DNA from: an uncultured delta proteobacterium
GTDB lineage: Bacteria > Desulfobacterota > Desulfuromonadia > Geobacterales > Pseudopelobacteraceae
Direction of reading: 5' to 3'
DNA length: 64,000 nt
Assembly (NCBI GenBank): GCA_963772835.1
Contig: CAVYYZ010000003.1
Span: 96,001 to 160,000 of the forward strand
The position numbers and the translations under genes are program-made. Under the pieces are notes generated by a model. It did not search any database. It was given only the letters and a program-made list of their open reading frames with translations, and was not told the origin of the DNA. Below, one piece after another: positions 27,986-38,915 of this stretch; position 1 is the stretch's first letter; the number at the start of each line of letters is the position of its first letter.

Positions 27986-29626
27986 TTATTTACTTCTATA
28001 TTCTCTGTTATCTTTATCCTTCTGATCTTTTACGCTTCCTTGTTCAGTCGGTTTAACCCTCCAGACTTTTTTCTGTTTATTGACTCCCTGTCCAAAGGAT
28101 TCTCCCTGGCGTGGGGGACTCGCTGACGGTGCATGTTTCTCAGCCTGACCTGGATGAGGCTGTTGATCTCTGCGCACAGGTGGATTCACGGCCGGCTGAG
28201 GCTGATTCATGCGAAACCGGCCATCATCGCCCTGTCGTGGCAGAGATGGTTCTGCGGGGCGGTTTTCGACAGACAGCGGTGGCCTCGACGGAGGCTGAGT
28301 ACGCGGTTGCTTTTCAGTAATCGGAGTCACTCTTGGAAACCGGACCCGCAATTCCCGATTATCGTGAAACGGCATTGCCGGTGGTGCTACTCTTGGCGGT
28401 GTCTGCTTGATAATTGGAATACGTGTTTCCCGCAACGGATGAATACGGGGGCTTCCGAGTGAAACAGATGCTGAAATCGCTCCCGTACGTGAAGGTTTTT
28501 GATAGATTACCGCACCTCTCAAAAAATCATTCTGAAGAAGGACGCTTAAGCCACCTCGCGCATCCCGGTTTCTGTATGCAACGTTTGCTGTGCTAACGCT
28601 ACTGTCGGTGATGGTGACACTATGCTGGCCGTAATGCCTGCGTCCATAGTATGTTTCACCGGGTGCCAAAGGGGTCCAGCCGACATGGTTTCCCGTACGG
28701 TACCACCCGACATAGCCGGGCCCCCAGTAGATATCTCCCCGTGCTGGCGGCACCCAGCACCATCCAAAACCGCTGACAACAGCCCAGCGACCATAGTGGT
28801 ACGGTACCCATCCCCAGAATTCATATGATATCCAGACATAATCATTACCTTTCCAGATCCAGCGGCCGCTCCGGTACGGGGCCCAGTCATCCGGCAGGGC
28901 AACAGTCGGTCGCCAGACCGTACCATAATCCGGAACGCGTATAAATCTGCCGTATGATTCGAGCTCCCCGGAATATACCTGTAACTCATCCGGCAGATTC
29001 GATTCTGCTGTGGCAATGCGTGATTGGCTGTGATCCTGTTCGCTGTTCCACTTTTCCCAGTTATCAGGGGGATTGAGCGGCAGCAGTTCACTGTGACCTT
29101 CCTCAAGCGCGATATGTTCTCCTGCACGAACCTTCGTCCGTTCTCCGTTACCTTCCACGTATGCTGCACCTTTAAATATCGATACGTCTTCCTGATTGTT
29201 AGCCAGCATGTCAATGCGGAGTCGCGTACGCGCGTCCGGTAAAACAGTCGTGTCATCAGCATCAATTTGAAGAGAGTCTTTTCCCGCCTTCGGCGATGTT
29301 CTGAGATACAGTCTGCCGCTGGCCAGGTGAAGGTGAGTAAAACCATCTTCAACCGCAATCAGGTCCAGCTGTGATCCTTCATCAATTCTGACTACGGTGC
29401 CGTCGGAAAGTTGAATTTCGGTTCTGGCCCCGGCAGGTATCCAAAGGGTGTCACCTTCATCAAGCGGTGTGTTAACCGCTACCGGCAGCCATTCTCCGGA
29501 ATCAGGTACGCGAAACATGACGTCTCCCTCAACCATATGAACTCTGGCGGGACCAATGGCACCGGCCAGAGATGTCACGGGAACTGACAAAACTATCGTC
29601 AGAAAAAGAAATAATATTCGATTCAT
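27986..29626 (-). CDS. Exported FecR-domain / DUF6600-like protein with a Pro-rich tail
   Basis: AAGGAG RBS and signal peptide. FecR-like N-x-PL-x-EGD...RTEIQL-x-DG. Trp-rich region YG-x-VWRP...WAPY-x2-GRW...WGW-x-PYHYGRW. Confidence 0.75.
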   Translation of the reverse strand: MNRILFLFLTIVLSVPVTSLAGAIGPARVHMVEGDVMFRVPDSGEWLPVAVNTPLDEGDTLWIPAGARTEIQLSDGTVVRIDEGSQLDLIAVEDGFTHLHLASGRLYLRTSPKAGKDSLQIDADDTTVLPDARTRLRIDMLANNQEDVSIFKGAAYVEGNGERTKVRAGEHIALEEGHSELLPLNPPDNWEKWNSEQDHSQSRIATAESNLPDELQVYSGELESYGRFIRVPDYGTVWRPTVALPDDWAPYRSGRWIWKGNDYVWISYEFWGWVPYHYGRWAVVSGFGWCWVPPARGDIYWGPGYVGWYRTGNHVGWTPLAPGETYYGRRHYGQHSVTITDSSVSTANVAYRNRDARGGLSVLLQNDFLRGAVIYQKPSRTGAISASVSLGSPRIHPLRETRIPIIKQTPPRVAPPAMPFHDNRELRVRFPRVTPITEKQPRTQPPSRPPLSVENRPAEPSLPRQGDDGRFRMNQPQPAVNPPVRRDQQPHPGQAEKHAPSASPPRQGESFGQGVNKQKKVWRVKPTEQGSVKDQKDKDNREYRSK

Positions 29627-29683
29627 ACAATTCTCCTTGCCTGAATTCAGGTGCAGTTCGATTTGTCTTGCTAACCGGTAAAA

Positions 29684-29699
29684 CGCAAAGAGCGTGCCG
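29684..29699 (-). promoter_or_regulatory. sigma54 (-24/-12) promoter
   Basis: Minus strand reads CGGCACGCTCTTTGCG (GG-N10-GC), about 58 bp upstream of the FecR/DUF6600 start. Confidence 0.6.
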
Positions 29700-29872
29700 T
29701 GCCGATAACTGTACGAAATTACCGGATCAGGTGACACTTCCATCAAAATAATAACGCATTTGAGGTAGGAAATGTGTCATTTGAAGTTATTGATACCGAT
29801 CACAGTCATACTCCACTACATCATACTCCACTAGAGCTTGACTCCTACCGAGAATATTACCATAATGATGCC

Positions 29873-30871
29873 ATGTATTTTACCACGTTATCCACCAAAG
29901 ACATCTCTCTGCTCGCAATTCGTATTTTGCTGATCGCCAGTCTTCTCTGGTACTTTTTTTGTTTTGTATTATCTCCCGGTCATGGGTCAGTAAACTGTGA
30001 CATCTCGTTTCCTCAAGGGAGCGGAATTCGCAAGTTGGCCACTGAACTCAAGGCCGGGGGTGTTATTCGCAGCTCATGGCATTTTGTCCTTATGACCCGG
30101 TTGCGCGGGGATGCTCACCGGCTGCAAGCCGGTGAATACCGCTTCAGTGACGATATGACCCCCGTTGAAATTCTGAATAAAATTGTTTCCGGTGAGGTTG
30201 ATTACCGTAAATTTACTCTACCCGAAGGATATTCCATATATCAGGCCGCTGAGTTGTTGGAGCAGAAGGGGTACTTCAAGAAGGCAGCCTTTCTGGAAAA
30301 ATGCCGTGATAAATCCTTGTTGGAGCGACTTGGCATCAGAGAAGCCAGTGCGGAGGGATATCTGTATCCTGCAACCTATAATCTTTCGCGAACGGGTGGA
30401 GAGGAGCTGCTTCTGAAGCAGATGGTGGGACAGTTTAACAAGGAATATACGGCCATTCAGGCTGGTGACGGACCCGGCAGGTTTTCCCGGCACGAAATTG
30501 TCACACTTGCGTCTATTATAGAAAAAGAGGCGGTCTCAGCGGATGAAAAACCGATTATATCATCGGTATTCCACAATCGTTTGCGTATCGGCATGCCGCT
30601 ACAAAGTGACCCAACAGCGGTTTACGGAGTCAGGGCGTTTTCTGGAAGAGTAAGCAAAGCAGATATTCAACGTCCCTCACCTTACAATACCTATCTTACT
30701 AAAGGTCTGCCGCCGGGTCCAATCGGCAATCCGGGCAGGGATGCTGTTCTGGCGGCTTTGAACCCTGCAAAAACCGATTTCCTTTACTTTGTCGCCCGGC
30801 AGGATGGTACCCATCAATTTTCTCGAAATCTGGAGGAGCATGATCGGGCAGTCGTACGCTACCTCAAATAG
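29873..30871 (+). CDS. mltG: Endolytic transglycosylase MltG
   Basis: LQAGEY, TLPEG, EGYLYPATY, LASIIEKE, LQSDPT, SPYNTY and GLPPGPI. Confidence 0.93.
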   Translation: MYFTTLSTKDISLLAIRILLIASLLWYFFCFVLSPGHGSVNCDISFPQGSGIRKLATELKAGGVIRSSWHFVLMTRLRGDAHRLQAGEYRFSDDMTPVEILNKIVSGEVDYRKFTLPEGYSIYQAAELLEQKGYFKKAAFLEKCRDKSLLERLGIREASAEGYLYPATYNLSRTGGEELLLKQMVGQFNKEYTAIQAGDGPGRFSRHEIVTLASIIEKEAVSADEKPIISSVFHNRLRIGMPLQSDPTAVYGVRAFSGRVSKADIQRPSPYNTYLTKGLPPGPIGNPGRDAVLAALNPAKTDFLYFVARQDGTHQFSRNLEEHDRAVVRYLK

Positions 30872-30959
30872 AGACGGCCATGGTGGCCGGGGTCGAAAAA
30901 TATCGCTCAATCTGAAAGGGTGTAAAGTTGTATGCAACCGTAAAGGGAACGAAATATGA

Positions 30960-31613
30960 TCAGTAAGAGGTACACTCAACATGCTCCCTGACTCCCCCAA
31001 ATGTTAACCGGTGAATTGTTGAGGGGCCGAGCCTCTTTATTGCATCCAGGTGAACAGCGCTGCCATACCCCTTATGTCCGGCGAATCCGTATCCTGGATA
31101 CTTTGCATCCATTTCGATCATATACCGGTCACGGGTTACTTTTGCAATAATCGAGGCAGCAGCAATAGAAAGACTTAAGGAGTCTCCCTTTTTAATGGTT
31201 TTCTGGGGAATCACGCTATCGATTGTACTGATTCCATCTATTAACAGGTAGTCCGGTTGAGGCGTAAGTTGGAGGACAGCAGCCAGCATTGCACGGCGGG
31301 TGGCCTGTAAAATGTTGATCAGATCGATGTCTTTTGGAGTTACGATCCCGACTCCAACTGACAGTGCGCTTTCCATGATAATCTTAAATAACTTCTCCCG
31401 CCTTTCAGGGGTGAGTTTTTTAGAGTCGTCAACGCCGTTTATCACGAGTCCTTCAGGCAGAATAACCGCTGCAGCCATTACCGGACCGGCCAGCGGCCCT
31501 CGTCCCGCTTCATCGATTCCTGCCACGTAAGTAGCTCCGTTGAAGTACGCGGCTTTTTCGAATATCAGATTGTCGGGGGGGGGCGTTGTAAAAAGCTCTC
31601 CTTGATGTGTCAT
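30960..31613 (-). CDS. rnhB: Ribonuclease HII
   Basis: GIDEAGRGPLAGPV, DSKKL, IAAASIIAKV and HKGY. Confidence 0.96.
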   Translation of the reverse strand: MTHQGELFTTPPPDNLIFEKAAYFNGATYVAGIDEAGRGPLAGPVMAAAVILPEGLVINGVDDSKKLTPERREKLFKIIMESALSVGVGIVTPKDIDLINILQATRRAMLAAVLQLTPQPDYLLIDGISTIDSVIPQKTIKKGDSLSLSIAAASIIAKVTRDRYMIEMDAKYPGYGFAGHKGYGSAVHLDAIKRLGPSTIHRLTFGGVREHVECTSY

Positions 31614-31663
31614 AATCAACCCTTGCTCCCATTAAATGTTACATGAATTGACATATGTCGCTT

Positions 31664-31705
31664 CATAACAAAAAAGCCCCGCAGGAGCGGGGCTTTTTTG
31701 TTATG
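31664..31705 (-). terminator. Intrinsic terminator after rplS
   Basis: CATAACAAAAAAGCCCCGC-AGGA-GCGGGGCTTTTTTGTTATG. Confidence 0.85.
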
Positions 31706-32065
31706 CTATTTTGCAACCGGTACGTATTTCTTTTCACGGATTCTCGCTGCTTTACCACGCAGTTTACGCAGGTAGTACAGTTTGGCACGACGGACATGAC
31801 CGCGAACCATGATTTCAATGTTTTCGACATTCGGTGAGTGGAGCGGGAAAGTCCTCTCGACACCGATGCCATTGGAAATTTTGCGAACCGTAAATGTTTC
31901 GCGTACGCCACCGTTCTGACGTGCTATGCAAACACCCTGATAAGCCTGAATACGCTGTTTGTCGCCCTCAACAATCCTGACATGTACTTTTACGGTATCC
32001 CCGACTTTGAAAGGGACTACGTTTTTTTTCATTTGGTCAAACTCTAAAAAATCGATGGTGTTCAT
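31706..32065 (-). CDS. rplS: 50S ribosomal protein L19
   Basis: F-x-VGDTVKV, EG-x-KQRIQ, GVERTFP and [10 protein letters not shown]. Confidence 0.98.
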   Translation of the reverse strand: MNTIDFLEFDQMKKNVVPFKVGDTVKVHVRIVEGDKQRIQAYQGVCIARQNGGVRETFTVRKISNGIGVERTFPLHSPNVENIEIMVRGHVRRAKLYYLRKLRGKAARIREKKYVPVAK

Positions 32066-32111
32066 TGGTTACCTTCCTCCTGTATGATGCTAATTTTGTG
32101 AGTGTTTGTAT

Positions 32112-32702
32112 CTACCTGTGTTCAATCCCTCTGAGTCGGTCTAGCATAATTGCTGCTGCAGAACGAACTGAAAGGTGGTTATAATTCCCGTCCCCCGCAA
32201 TTGGTTCGAGTGTTAGATCAGCGGCAGTAAAACATTCATCAGTCAAGCCCCATCCGGTACCTAATAGAAGCAGATACGGCTGATCGGCCTCCTGCAGAAG
32301 CTTTCTGAACGCTACCAGCGCAATTGAACCGGAACGTTGCGCGGCTCCTGTAACCGCAATTCTGACTGTTTTGCTGAACCCGACCTGAAAATCTGCAGCC
32401 GCTGATGCAATCGTCGGAGTTATCCGGACAATATCAAGAGCCTGCCTGCGGTCCGGGTTGTATCCGGCTCCCCACCCCTGTTGCCAGTGACCACTTATTC
32501 GTTCAGCCAGCTTACGCTGCTCATCGGATGGGGTCACTATATAAAAACGGTCCAGCCCGAACGTTTTTGAAGAACGGGCAATATCATGCTGATCAAGGTT
32601 TGTTAAGGCGGAGGTGACTATTTCATGGTGTTTGTTATAAACCGGATAATGAACAAGAGCCATGGCAAGATTATTATATGCCACTGGTTTTCTCCTGATC
32701 AA
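32112..32702 (-). CDS. SPOUT-class RNA methyltransferase downstream of trmD (start uncertain)
   Basis: LVHYPV-x-NK, TNLD-x-HDIARS, GTGWGL and [17 protein letters not shown]. Confidence 0.8.
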   Translation of the reverse strand: MIRRKPVAYNNLAMALVHYPVYNKHHEIVTSALTNLDQHDIARSSKTFGLDRFYIVTPSDEQRKLAERISGHWQQGWGAGYNPDRRQALDIVRITPTIASAAADFQVGFSKTVRIAVTGAAQRSGSIALVAFRKLLQEADQPYLLLLGTGWGLTDECFTAADLTLEPIAGDGNYNHLSVRSAAAIMLDRLRGIEHR

Positions 32703-33417
32703 GCTCCGTCAGTATTTTACGGTCTTCCCGCGTCAGTACGGCACGGGAGAGTAAATCCGGTCGAAGTTCTCTTGTCTTGCGTAGCGACTCTTTACGTCTC
32801 CATTTTCTGATCAACTCGTGGTTCCCGGAAAGCAGAGGCTCCGGTACAGCCAGGCCATTAAATTCCGGTGGACGGGTGTAATGCGGATATTCCAGCAAGC
32901 CGTCACAAAAAGAATCCGATTCAGCCGACTCATTGCTGCCAAGTGCTCCGGGAATCAGTCTGGTTACTGAGTCAACAATCGCCATTGCAGCGATTTCACC
33001 GCCGGAGAGAACAAAATCACCGAGCGAAATATCATCCTCTGCATAGAGTGAACGGACTCTTTCATCGATCCCTTCATAACGACCGCATATTATTATTACT
33101 CCGGGCCTATCGGCCAGTTCCATTGCAACACTATGGGTAAGCCGTCTCCCTTGGGGTGATGTGAGCACGACGGTTGATGCAGGATGCAGAGCTTTTACCG
33201 TTTCTATGCATGCTGACAGGGGGCCGGCTTTCATTACCATCCCCGCTCCACCGCCGTATGGGGCGTCGTCTGCGGTCTGATGGCGATCGGTCGCCCAGTC
33301 GCGTATATTGTGAAGTGAAATGTCAATGAGCTGTTTTTCTTTGGCTCGTTTGATAATGCTTTCATCAAAAGGACCGGAAAACATTCCTGGAAAAAGAGTC
33401 AGGATGTCAAATTTCAT
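32674..33417 (-). CDS. trmD: tRNA (guanine37-N1)-methyltransferase
   Basis: [33 protein letters not shown] and LEYPHYTRP. Confidence 0.98.
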   Translation of the reverse strand: MKFDILTLFPGMFSGPFDESIIKRAKEKQLIDISLHNIRDWATDRHQTADDAPYGGGAGMVMKAGPLSACIETVKALHPASTVVLTSPQGRRLTHSVAMELADRPGVIIICGRYEGIDERVRSLYAEDDISLGDFVLSGGEIAAMAIVDSVTRLIPGALGSNESAESDSFCDGLLEYPHYTRPPEFNGLAVPEPLLSGNHELIRKWRRKESLRKTRELRPDLLSRAVLTREDRKILTELDQEKTSGI

Positions 33418-33935
33418 AAATCCAGCAAACCGTCAAGCGGGGTAATGATCATTTTCTGCCCCGGGATGTCAATGCACGCAATTACATCAGCAATTGCCGG
33501 AATTAAATATTCCTTGGTACTGCCGCGCACGACATAAATATCGCTGCTGCCGGTTTCAAAAATGTCAACAAGTGTACCCAGTTCAACTCCTTGATCGGTT
33601 TGAACTGCCAAACCTATCAGATCCCGCCAATAGTATTCATCTTCATCGGGCATCGGCAACTGGGATCGCATCAGGCATAGTTCTGATCCGCTCAATGACA
33701 GAACCTGATTTATGTCAGAAAAATCATCGAGACCCAAAATGAATCCGCCTGCATGTGCAGAAACACTTTTTACTGAATGTTCACGTAATGTGCCATCCTT
33801 CCCTTTCAGGAAAGCGGTTTTAACAGACTGTATACTCTGTATATTTCCGGAATAGGAGTAAACCTTCAAAAGCCCCTTGATTCCGTGGGTCCCGATGATT
33901 TTGCCAACCGGTACCAGTTCATTCGTATCTGTCAT
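33414..33935 (-). CDS. rimM: Ribosome maturation factor RimM
   Basis: VGKI-x2-THGIKG, EYYW-x-DLIG and LIPAI; position in the operon. Confidence 0.95.
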   Translation of the reverse strand: MTDTNELVPVGKIIGTHGIKGLLKVYSYSGNIQSIQSVKTAFLKGKDGTLREHSVKSVSAHAGGFILGLDDFSDINQVLSLSGSELCLMRSQLPMPDEDEYYWRDLIGLAVQTDQGVELGTLVDIFETGSSDIYVVRGSTKEYLIPAIADVIACIDIPGQKMIITPLDGLLDL

Positions 33936-34166
33936 TTATTCCACAATCTTGAGGATTGCCTTCTTGTTGTCTTTTGTAGAAACAGCATTAAGAATAGTAC
34001 GAATCGCCTTAGCTGTTCGTCCTTCCTTGCCGATAATTCGTCCCATGTCTTCCTTGGCGACGGTCAAACTTATGACCAGAGTATCCTCTTCTGTACCCTC
34101 GGTTGCATTTACTTGAGTCGGGTCATCAACCAGTGCCTTTGCAATGCTTTCAACAAGAGTCTTCAT
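33936..34166 (-). CDS. khpA: KH-domain RNA-binding protein
   Basis: DMGRIIGKEGRTAKAIR; located between rpsP and rimM. Confidence 0.9.
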   Translation of the reverse strand: MKTLVESIAKALVDDPTQVNATEGTEEDTLVISLTVAKEDMGRIIGKEGRTAKAIRTILNAVSTKDNKKAILKIVE

Positions 34167-34223
34167 ATCGGTATCCTCTGCTGCTCATATAGAGTGACCG
34201 GCGAGCCGGAATAACTGGATACG

Positions 34224-34490
34224 TTACGCGGTAACCGCAGGTGCCTTGTCAAGAAGTCCGGCATTTTTCAAAAGCTGACGGACAGTATCGGTCGGCTGAG
34301 CTCCCTTGCTGAGCCAATCGGCGGCTCTCTCGGTCTTCAACTTAACAACAGCAGGGTTCTTGGTCGGGTCGTATGTGCCGACATTTTCGATGAAGCTGCC
34401 ATCTCTGCGGCTGCGTTCGTCAGCAACGACAATCTGGTAGAAAGGTCTTTTTTTAGCGCCTGCACGTGCAAGCCTGATTTTTGTAGCCAT
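34224..34490 (-). CDS. rpsP: 30S ribosomal protein S16
   Basis: [15 protein letters not shown]-x-FIE-x-VG-x-YDP and GAQPTDTV. Confidence 0.98.
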   Translation of the reverse strand: MATKIRLARAGAKKRPFYQIVVADERSRRDGSFIENVGTYDPTKNPAVVKLKTERAADWLSKGAQPTDTVRQLLKNAGLLDKAPAVTA

Positions 34491-34556
34491 TGGTGATTCC
34501 TCCTGATTTTGTGCTTCTGGATAATATTTTAGTGTACTGATTTTATTCTTCATTAA

Positions 34557-35930
34557 TCAACGGAACGGCATCATTCCTTTTCCAAGTCCGGCACCGATCC
34601 CACCCATTCCTTTGAGGAGACCCTTTGGACCGAGTTTCTGCATCATCTTCATCATTTTCTGTGCTTCAGTGAAGCGTTTTAGGAGCAGATTGACTTCCTG
34701 TACAGTCGTTCCGCTTCCTTTCGATATCCGTAGACGGCGACTGCCGTTAATTATGCCATGATTGGATCGTTCACCTGGAGTCATGGATCGTATAATTGCT
34801 TCGATGCGAGTGATTTCCTTCTCGCTTGGCTGGGCGCCTTTCATTTGCTTCATCATTTTGCCCATGCCGGGGATCATTCCCATAATGGACTCAACTGACC
34901 CCAACTTTTTGATCTGCTGCATCTGTGCGAGAAAATCTTCCAGATCAAACTGGTTTTTCTTAAATTTTTGCTGGAGAAGAGTAGTTTCTTTTTCGTCAAA
35001 GAGGGTCTGTGCTTTTTCGACAAGGGTAAGAACATCACCCATGCCGAGAATACGAGAGACAAGCCTGTCTGCATGGAAAACTTCCAATGCATCAAGCTTT
35101 TCTCCAAGTCCGACAAATTTAATCGGTTTACCGGTAACCGCTTTGATGGAAAGTGCGGCTCCTCCTTTGGCATCGCCGTCCAGTTTGGAAAGTACAACTC
35201 CACTGATTTCAAGCCTGTCGTTAAAACCGCTGGCTATAGTTACAGCTTCCTGGCCGGTCATGGCGTCAGCCACAAAAAGAATTTCACGCGGCTGCACGGC
35301 TTCATTGATCTCGCGCAGTTCGTTCATCAGAAAATCATCGATCTGATGGCGCCCGGCGGTATCAAGAATAACGGTGTCGTAGCCGTTCAGCTCAGCAAAT
35401 TTCATAGCACTGACACAGATATCAAGCGGCTTCTGGTCAGTTGTTGAAGAAAAAACATCAAGGCCAAGCTGGCGGCCAACCGTATTCAGCTGTTCGATGG
35501 CAGCCGGGCGATACACATCAGCAGGCACCAGTAATGGTCTGCGTTTCTGTTTTTTGAGCAGATTACCCAGCTTGCCGCATGTCGTTGTTTTTCCGGCTCC
35601 CTGCAACCCGACCATCATGATGGCCACAGGTGGTTTTGCCGCAAGGTCGAGGGAGTTGTCCTCACCGCCGCCCATGATGGCAATCAGTTCATCACGGACA
35701 ATTCTGATAACCTGCTGACCCGGCGACAGACTGGTGAGAACATCAGTGCCAACCGCTTTGATTCTTACATTCTCTACAAAATCCTTGACAACTTTGAAGT
35801 TAACATCAGCTTCAAGGAGAGCCAGGCGAACCTCTCGCAAAGACTCCTTAATATTCTCCTCAGTCATTACTCCCTGACCGCGAAGCTTTTTAAATACTGA
35901 TTCCAGTTTGTCGGATAGGCTGTCGAACAT
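34557..35930 (-). CDS. ffh: Signal recognition particle protein
   Basis: GLQGAGKTTT, DTAGR, KLDGDAKGG and a Met-rich M domain. Confidence 0.98.
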   Translation of the reverse strand: MFDSLSDKLESVFKKLRGQGVMTEENIKESLREVRLALLEADVNFKVVKDFVENVRIKAVGTDVLTSLSPGQQVIRIVRDELIAIMGGGEDNSLDLAAKPPVAIMMVGLQGAGKTTTCGKLGNLLKKQKRRPLLVPADVYRPAAIEQLNTVGRQLGLDVFSSTTDQKPLDICVSAMKFAELNGYDTVILDTAGRHQIDDFLMNELREINEAVQPREILFVADAMTGQEAVTIASGFNDRLEISGVVLSKLDGDAKGGAALSIKAVTGKPIKFVGLGEKLDALEVFHADRLVSRILGMGDVLTLVEKAQTLFDEKETTLLQQKFKKNQFDLEDFLAQMQQIKKLGSVESIMGMIPGMGKMMKQMKGAQPSEKEITRIEAIIRSMTPGERSNHGIINGSRRLRISKGSGTTVQEVNLLLKRFTEAQKMMKMMQKLGPKGLLKGMGGIGAGLGKGMMPFR

Positions 35931-36120
35931 CGTAGGTATTGCTGCCCCGGATACAGAGTTATTCCAAAAGGGGGTCAATATAAATGGGTACAACCCCTGC
36001 TGTCAAGAACTATTTGTTTTTAAAGCTGTATTGGAGCGGTCTCGAGTGAGATGTATCACCTCATTGACGGCATTTTGCATGGTGCGGTTCCGCTTGCAAT
36101 TATTCTGAGTTCAACCCAGA

Positions 36121-36414
36121 TTAACGGTCTGTCTCATGTCTATTCTCGGTATTCCAGATTGGCTCATACTCTGAATCGTTTTTTTTCCTATAGATAATCG
36201 TTGGAGAAATATTTTCATCCATAAGGGCCTTAAGTACGCTTTCATAAAGATTGCTGTTAAAACGTATTGCAAGGCCGCAGTCTGTTGAAAGCGCCCTGGG
36301 GGCGGGTATAAGTAGAATATCGATCTCTCTTCGTTTGAGAATGCTTTCAGCTTTCATTATTCGATGGGCTGAGTCGAATACAGCTAGTAACTGGCCATGT
36401 TGGATCACCGTCAA
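36121..36414 (-). CDS. DUF3343-family protein
   Basis: F-x-S-x-H-x2-MKAE and LIPAPR-x-LS-x-DCGLAIR. Confidence 0.75.
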   Translation of the reverse strand: MTVIQHGQLLAVFDSAHRIMKAESILKRREIDILLIPAPRALSTDCGLAIRFNSNLYESVLKALMDENISPTIIYRKKNDSEYEPIWNTENRHETDR

Positions 36415-36511
36415 AATCTCCTGTGGTCTGAGCTCATTTTTACAGCGCTCTCTGTAAAGCTAATTGACAAAAATAGTGTGAGTTCCTACTATGTCCCGAA
36501 AGGAGCTGTAC

Positions 36512-36778
36512 ATGGAAGGCGCAATTCTCATCATAGGGCTGGTCGTTCTGGCTTTAATCATAAGTATTCCCTGCGGTTATATACGTCAAAATTATTCCAA
36601 ATATTCCTTTATGTGGTTTCTTCTGATTCATCTGCCGATCCCTTTTATTGTGCTGCTGCGTATCAAAGCGGGACTCAGCTGGCATTTTATACCTTTAACT
36701 CTGTGCGGCTCAGTTGCTGGACAGATTATTGGCGGCGTCGCAAGTCGCCGGAGAAGGAAGAATGTCAAAGCGCCCTAG
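36512..36778 (+). CDS. Small membrane protein
   Basis: AGGAG RBS; P-x-GY-x-R...KYSF-x-WFL-x-IHLPIPF; TM segments. Confidence 0.7.
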   Translation: MEGAILIIGLVVLALIISIPCGYIRQNYSKYSFMWFLLIHLPIPFIVLLRIKAGLSWHFIPLTLCGSVAGQIIGGVASRRRRKNVKAP

Positions 36779-37235
36779 GATGCCTTTCCCCCGTCTGTTA
36801 CCAGGACTGGTGCAGGAAAGTCTGGTTGGCCTGGAGTTGGGCGAACGATTGCGAGAAGCGGAAATCTGGCGGATATGGCCGGATGTTGTCGGAGCCGCTC
36901 TTGCCTGCCGGGCTCAACCGATACGCATCATCAACGGCACGTTGACCGTGGCGGTCTCCAGCGCTCCATGGATGCAGGAACTCCGTTTCATGACCTCCAT
37001 GATGAAAGAAAAGCTCAACACCAGCCTCGGTGCCGATGTTGTGCGTGAAATTGTACTCAAAGCGGGCAGAGTCGATGAACCGGCAACCGAGGTCCCTGAA
37101 GAAACCATAGTGACCCGCCCCCTCACTCTCCGTCAGTTAGCCCAGATTGAAGAACAGTCGGCCTCAATTAAAGACGAGGAAACCCGGCGGGCCTTTATTG
37201 GACTGATGCAGGCCAGTATGGAACATCAACGTTGA
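36762..37235 (+). CDS. DUF721/DciA-family protein
   Basis: W-x2-VVG-x2-LA...G-x-L-x-V-x-VSS-x2-WMQEL. Confidence 0.75.
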   Translation: MSKRPRMPFPRLLPGLVQESLVGLELGERLREAEIWRIWPDVVGAALACRAQPIRIINGTLTVAVSSAPWMQELRFMTSMMKEKLNTSLGADVVREIVLKAGRVDEPATEVPEETIVTRPLTLRQLAQIEEQSASIKDEETRRAFIGLMQASMEHQR

Positions 37236-38915
37236 TCAGGACCGTGTCAGCTGACGGTATTTGATGCGATGCGGAATATCGGCGGCAGCTCCCAGACGCT
37301 TTTTACGGTCATCCTCATACTCTGAGTAATTCCCTTCAAACCAGACCGTTTTTGAATCGCCCTCAAAGGCCAGGATGTGTGTCGCTATGCGATCCAAAAA
37401 CCAGCGGTCATGGCTGATAACCACGGCGCATCCGGCAAAATTTTCAAGGGCCTCTTCCAATGCCCGCATAGTGTTAACATCCAGATCATTCGTCGGTTCA
37501 TCAAGAAGGATCACATTGGCTCCGCTCTTCAGCATTCGGGCAAGATGGACGCGGTTGCGTTCGCCCCCCGAAAGTGTTCCGACCTTTTTCTGCTGGTCAC
37601 TGCCGGAAAAGTTGAAACGTGACACATAGGCTCTTGAATTAACGAGTAGTTTTCCAAGCTGAATGGCTTCCTGCCCTTCAGTAATCTCTTCCCAGATACT
37701 CCTGTCCGGGTTTAGCGCATCGCGGCTCTGGTCTACATGAGCCAGTTGAACTGTTTCACCAATTTTGAAAGAGCCGGAATCGGCATTTTCCTGCCCGGTG
37801 ATCATCCTGAAAAGAGTGGTTTTTCCGGCGCCGTTAGGTCCGATGACGCCGACAATTCCGCCTCGCGGTAAGCGGAATGTCATTCCTTCAATCAGGAGGC
37901 GGTCCCCGTATGCTTTGGAAACATTATCAGCTTCAATAACAATATCTCCGAGGCGTGGGCCTGGCGGAAGATATATTTCAAGTTCACGGGCATGTTTTTC
38001 GCTCTCCTGTGCGACCAGATCTTCATACGCACTGATACGTGCCTGCGCTTTGGCATGCCGCCCTTTTGGCGACATCCTGATCCATTCGAGCTCCCGTTGC
38101 AGGGTTTTCTGGCGTTCTGATTCCTGTTTTTCCTGCGTCGCTAGGCGGTTCTGCTTCTGCTCCAGCCATGATGAGTAGTTTCCTTTCCAAGGGATCCCTT
38201 CCCCGCGGTCCAGTTCCAGGATCCAGCCTGCAACGTTATCCAGAAAATAGCGATCGTGGGTAACGGCGATAACCGTACCTGGATAATTGTGTAGATGATG
38301 CTCCAGCCAGGCTACCGTTTCTGCATCAAGGTGGTTGGTAGGCTCATCCAGAAGAAGAATATCCGGTTTTTTGAGTAATAGTCGGCAGAGCGCAACTCGA
38401 CGTTTTTCTCCACCTGACAGAACTTTAATCGACGTATCACCTTCCGGACAGCGCAGAGCTTCCATAGCCATCTCAAGGCGCGAGTCAAGATCCCAGGCAT
38501 CCAGATGATCCAGCTTTTCCTGAAGGACCGCCTGACGATCACATAATTTATCAAAATCGGCATCCGGTTCGGAAAATTTGTCGGTGATGGCGTTGAATTC
38601 TTCCAAAAGATCAACAGTTTCCTGAACCCCTTCTTCAACAATCTGACGAACAGTCCTTGTTTCGTCCAGACGAGGTTCCTGTTCCAGGTAGCCGACAGTA
38701 TATCCTTGTGACAGCACTGCCTGACCATTAAATTCCTTATCTACTCCGGCCATGATCCGTAATAGTGAGGATTTTCCTGAACCATTCAAACCGAGAACGC
38801 CGATTTTTGCGCCATAAAAATAGGATAATGAAATGTCCTTTATGACCGGTTTTTTGTCGTAAAACTTGCTGACTCGCATCATAGAATAAATGATTTTATT
38901 CGGATCAATAGCCAT
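37236..38915 (-). CDS. ettA: Energy-dependent translational throttle ABC-F protein
   Basis: Two ABC domains (GLNGSGKS, GPNGAGKT), GIPWKGNYSSWL and RELEWIR-x-SPKGR. Confidence 0.95.
   Translation of the reverse strand: MAIDPNKIIYSMMRVSKFYDKKPVIKDISLSYFYGAKIGVLGLNGSGKSSLLRIMAGVDKEFNGQAVLSQGYTVGYLEQEPRLDETRTVRQIVEEGVQETVDLLEEFNAITDKFSEPDADFDKLCDRQAVLQEKLDHLDAWDLDSRLEMAMEALRCPEGDTSIKVLSGGEKRRVALCRLLLKKPDILLLDEPTNHLDAETVAWLEHHLHNYPGTVIAVTHDRYFLDNVAGWILELDRGEGIPWKGNYSSWLEQKQNRLATQEKQESERQKTLQRELEWIRMSPKGRHAKAQARISAYEDLVAQESEKHARELEIYLPPGPRLGDIVIEADNVSKAYGDRLLIEGMTFRLPRGGIVGVIGPNGAGKTTLFRMITGQENADSGSFKIGETVQLAHVDQSRDALNPDRSIWEEITEGQEAIQLGKLLVNSRAYVSRFNFSGSDQQKKVGTLSGGERNRVHLARMLKSGANVILLDEPTNDLDVNTMRALEEALENFAGCAVVISHDRWFLDRIATHILAFEGDSKTVWFEGNYSEYEDDRKKRLGAAADIPHRIKYRQLTRS

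Noticed and set aside
36121..36414. Selenocysteine recoding in DUF3343 or other redox genes
   Set aside because: Cys codons occupy the motif positions, and no in-frame TGA readthrough is needed.
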